From contig NC_085842.1 of NCBI RefSeq assembly GCF_035594765.1, positions 91,054,782 through 91,118,781 on the forward strand: 64,000 nucleotides of DNA, written 5' to 3'. Position numbers and translations under genes: made by a program. Shown piece after piece: positions 62,001 through 64,000 of the stretch. The notes beneath the pieces were generated by a model. The model searched no databases. It was not told the DNA's origin and worked only from the letters and a program-made list of their open reading frames with translations. Source of the DNA: Anolis carolinensis. Taxonomy: Eukaryota. Within the stretch, counting starts at the first letter, position 1; each line of letters begins with the position of its first letter.

Positions 62001-63540
62001 TATAAGCATATAAAAATATTTTCCCCTAACTAGCTTTTAGAACTAAAGGTTTTTAAAGAAAGGGGTTTTAAGAATGTGGTAACCAAAACTCTTGGACTAG
62101 CAATTGATTTCTAAGGTCTCACTAAAATAATATTTGCTGCTATTGTCAGAATTTGAATATTTAACATTCAAATTTTAAAAGGTAAATGGATCAGGGTGCA
62201 ATCTGTGATTGGTCATCCAATATATTCTTTTTCTAAAAGGTGTTCATTTAATCAAATTTACACTGAAGATTAAAGACCTTTTTGTTTGTAAAGGCTTTAT
62301 TCTGATCATTTGAAGAATCCCCTAAAAGCAGACAGACTGCAAGTTTATTTTCAAGGGGAATGGCTGTTTGCTATCAGAATATGTCATATTCTTAGGATGC
62401 CCGATCCCAATTGAATGGATACATTTTACATTCTTGTCTTCTCTTGTATTACTTCATTTAGTGTTTGCCGTTTGCTTAAACTGCCTTTTCCTTGCTGATT
62501 AGTCTTGTAATTCATGCACATATGGTGATGTTTGGGTATAAAATATTCCCTCCCACTCTCCCCACCAAGTCTGCAAGTCTTTCACTTTGACTTGGTTCTT
62601 ATCAAATTATTGCAGCTGTAATTAAAGCATAATGAATTAGAACAAGTCATGGGTCTGAGTTCTTCCCCAAGAAATCACTTGCCCAGATGTTTGAGATGGC
62701 TGCTCTGATTTTAAATCATGTGTCTATGAAGTGCATCAATCTAAAGACCAGCATTCATTTTATGTCCTCTCACAAATAACCATGTTGCTGACATTTTAAA
62801 GAGTCAGTTTTGTTGCAACCATCACCATGAACCATGTGTGACTCCCAGCTGTACTGATGCATGTGTTAGTGATGGGTTTCTTTTTGGCTTTGCCTTTGGA
62901 AGTTATAGAACTAGATTATTTTACCGACCCTTCCAGATATAATGAGACCTACAGATTGTTTACACTGGAAAAATTGGTATGAGTCATTTAGTCCCACTGA
63001 ACTCAATTTGATAGCAAATAGCCTCAAACTGAAACATTATTTAGTGGGATGGATTCGTTTGTGTCATGATCTGCTGTAGAGCAAATTTGGAGGACAACAA
63101 AATTTTAATTCAAGTTGAGTGTAATCTTCTTTGTTTCTCACAACACACTGCCTTTGGAGGGGAAAATGATGTTTTCCTTAAAGCTCTAGTGTGACTACTA
63201 GTGACAATCTGCTTCCTTTTGGTGGCAACTCTGTGTAGCAAATAGCAATTCAAGCAAATTCCTCAGTTGGCCTCATAGTATGACTACAGCCTCTACCAAC
63301 ATTATGCATAGATTATGGCAACATCAGCAGCTGCTAGATTTCAAACTTACTAAATAGTTGTTATGTTTACTGGTTGAAGACAGTATTCCTTCCAGGTAAA
63401 CCATGTTTTCATCAATTGAAATGTCATAATAATCATAATTAGGTCAAAACTAAATTCAAATTCAAATTGATATCAATCACATCCTTGCAAATGTGATACT
63501 AAGACTAGAACGTCTGATAACTGAATGAAATTATATATCA

Positions 63541-63594
63541 CATATTATCCGGCACACACCTGATCTTGTCTAAATTTGGCAGCTAAACAGGTCA
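63541..63594 (+). pseudogene. Degenerate 5S rRNA-derived fragment (pseudogene or 5S-SINE head)
   Basis: catattatccggcacacacctgatcttgtctaaatttggcagctaaacaggtca resembles the 5S 5' half CATACCACCCTGAACGCGCCCGATCTCGTCTGATCTCGGAAGCTAAGCAGGGTC. Confidence 0.55.
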
Positions 63595-64000
63595 CTTTAC
63601 AAGTATGAATCCTGGTCACTTACAAGTAAGTGATAAAAAGCAAATACTGTCAGTCAGAATTGACAATATTTGGCCAGATACACTATTTATGGCAGCTCCA
63701 TATAAGGCAACTTCATGTTTCTATACAATTGTTTGAGAGTAGATGTAGGATTGGCAGCAAAATTAATACTTTTCCTCAGACTGTAGTAATGGCTATTTTG
63801 CTTAGATTACTCTGAAACATACTTGGCTACGTATATGGAGGAAAGGTTTGTCGCTGGCAATTGTCCAAAAAAGTCAATTTCACTTATTCATTTTGACCAT
63901 CAGAACAGCTTTCTGCAGCTGTTTTCATGCTTTATGTTGTGTTATAAATTGGAATAATATTTTAAAATTTTTAATTTAGTCCTTCTCAGAGATAAGGTGT

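Noticed and set aside
50100-64000. Canonical EBF1 terminal exon (AISGMIVPPM-like)
   Set aside because: Not found by eye; it probably lies beyond the window end.

Overview
Vertebrate (squamate, most likely Anolis-type lizard, judged from Sauria-type SINEs and the TE mix) genomic DNA lying inside the 3' half of the EBF1 (COE-family transcription factor) gene on the + strand. Five canonical coding exons are visible: 21067-21155, 43421-43486, 44898-45075, 45994-46173 and 49406-49600. A further in-frame, stop-containing exon at 50016-50084 encodes an alternative, EBF4-like C-terminus. The introns are full of TEs (L2, CR1, RTE, Penelope, Sauria-type SINEs, hAT, Tc1/pogo, Helitron, a solo LTR). The most striking object is a very young BEL/Pao LTR element (4290-11426; 716-bp LTRs with 2 differences; 5-bp TSD). 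Its single uninterrupted 1549-aa ORF keeps Gag, protease and integrase but lacks reverse transcriptase and RNase H. It has no tRNA-type primer-binding site; the PBS position is instead complementary to a sequence inside its own LTR, which suggests self-priming. There are two assembly gaps (17842-17992, 40040-40323). All family assignments come from motif recognition by eye; no searches were run.
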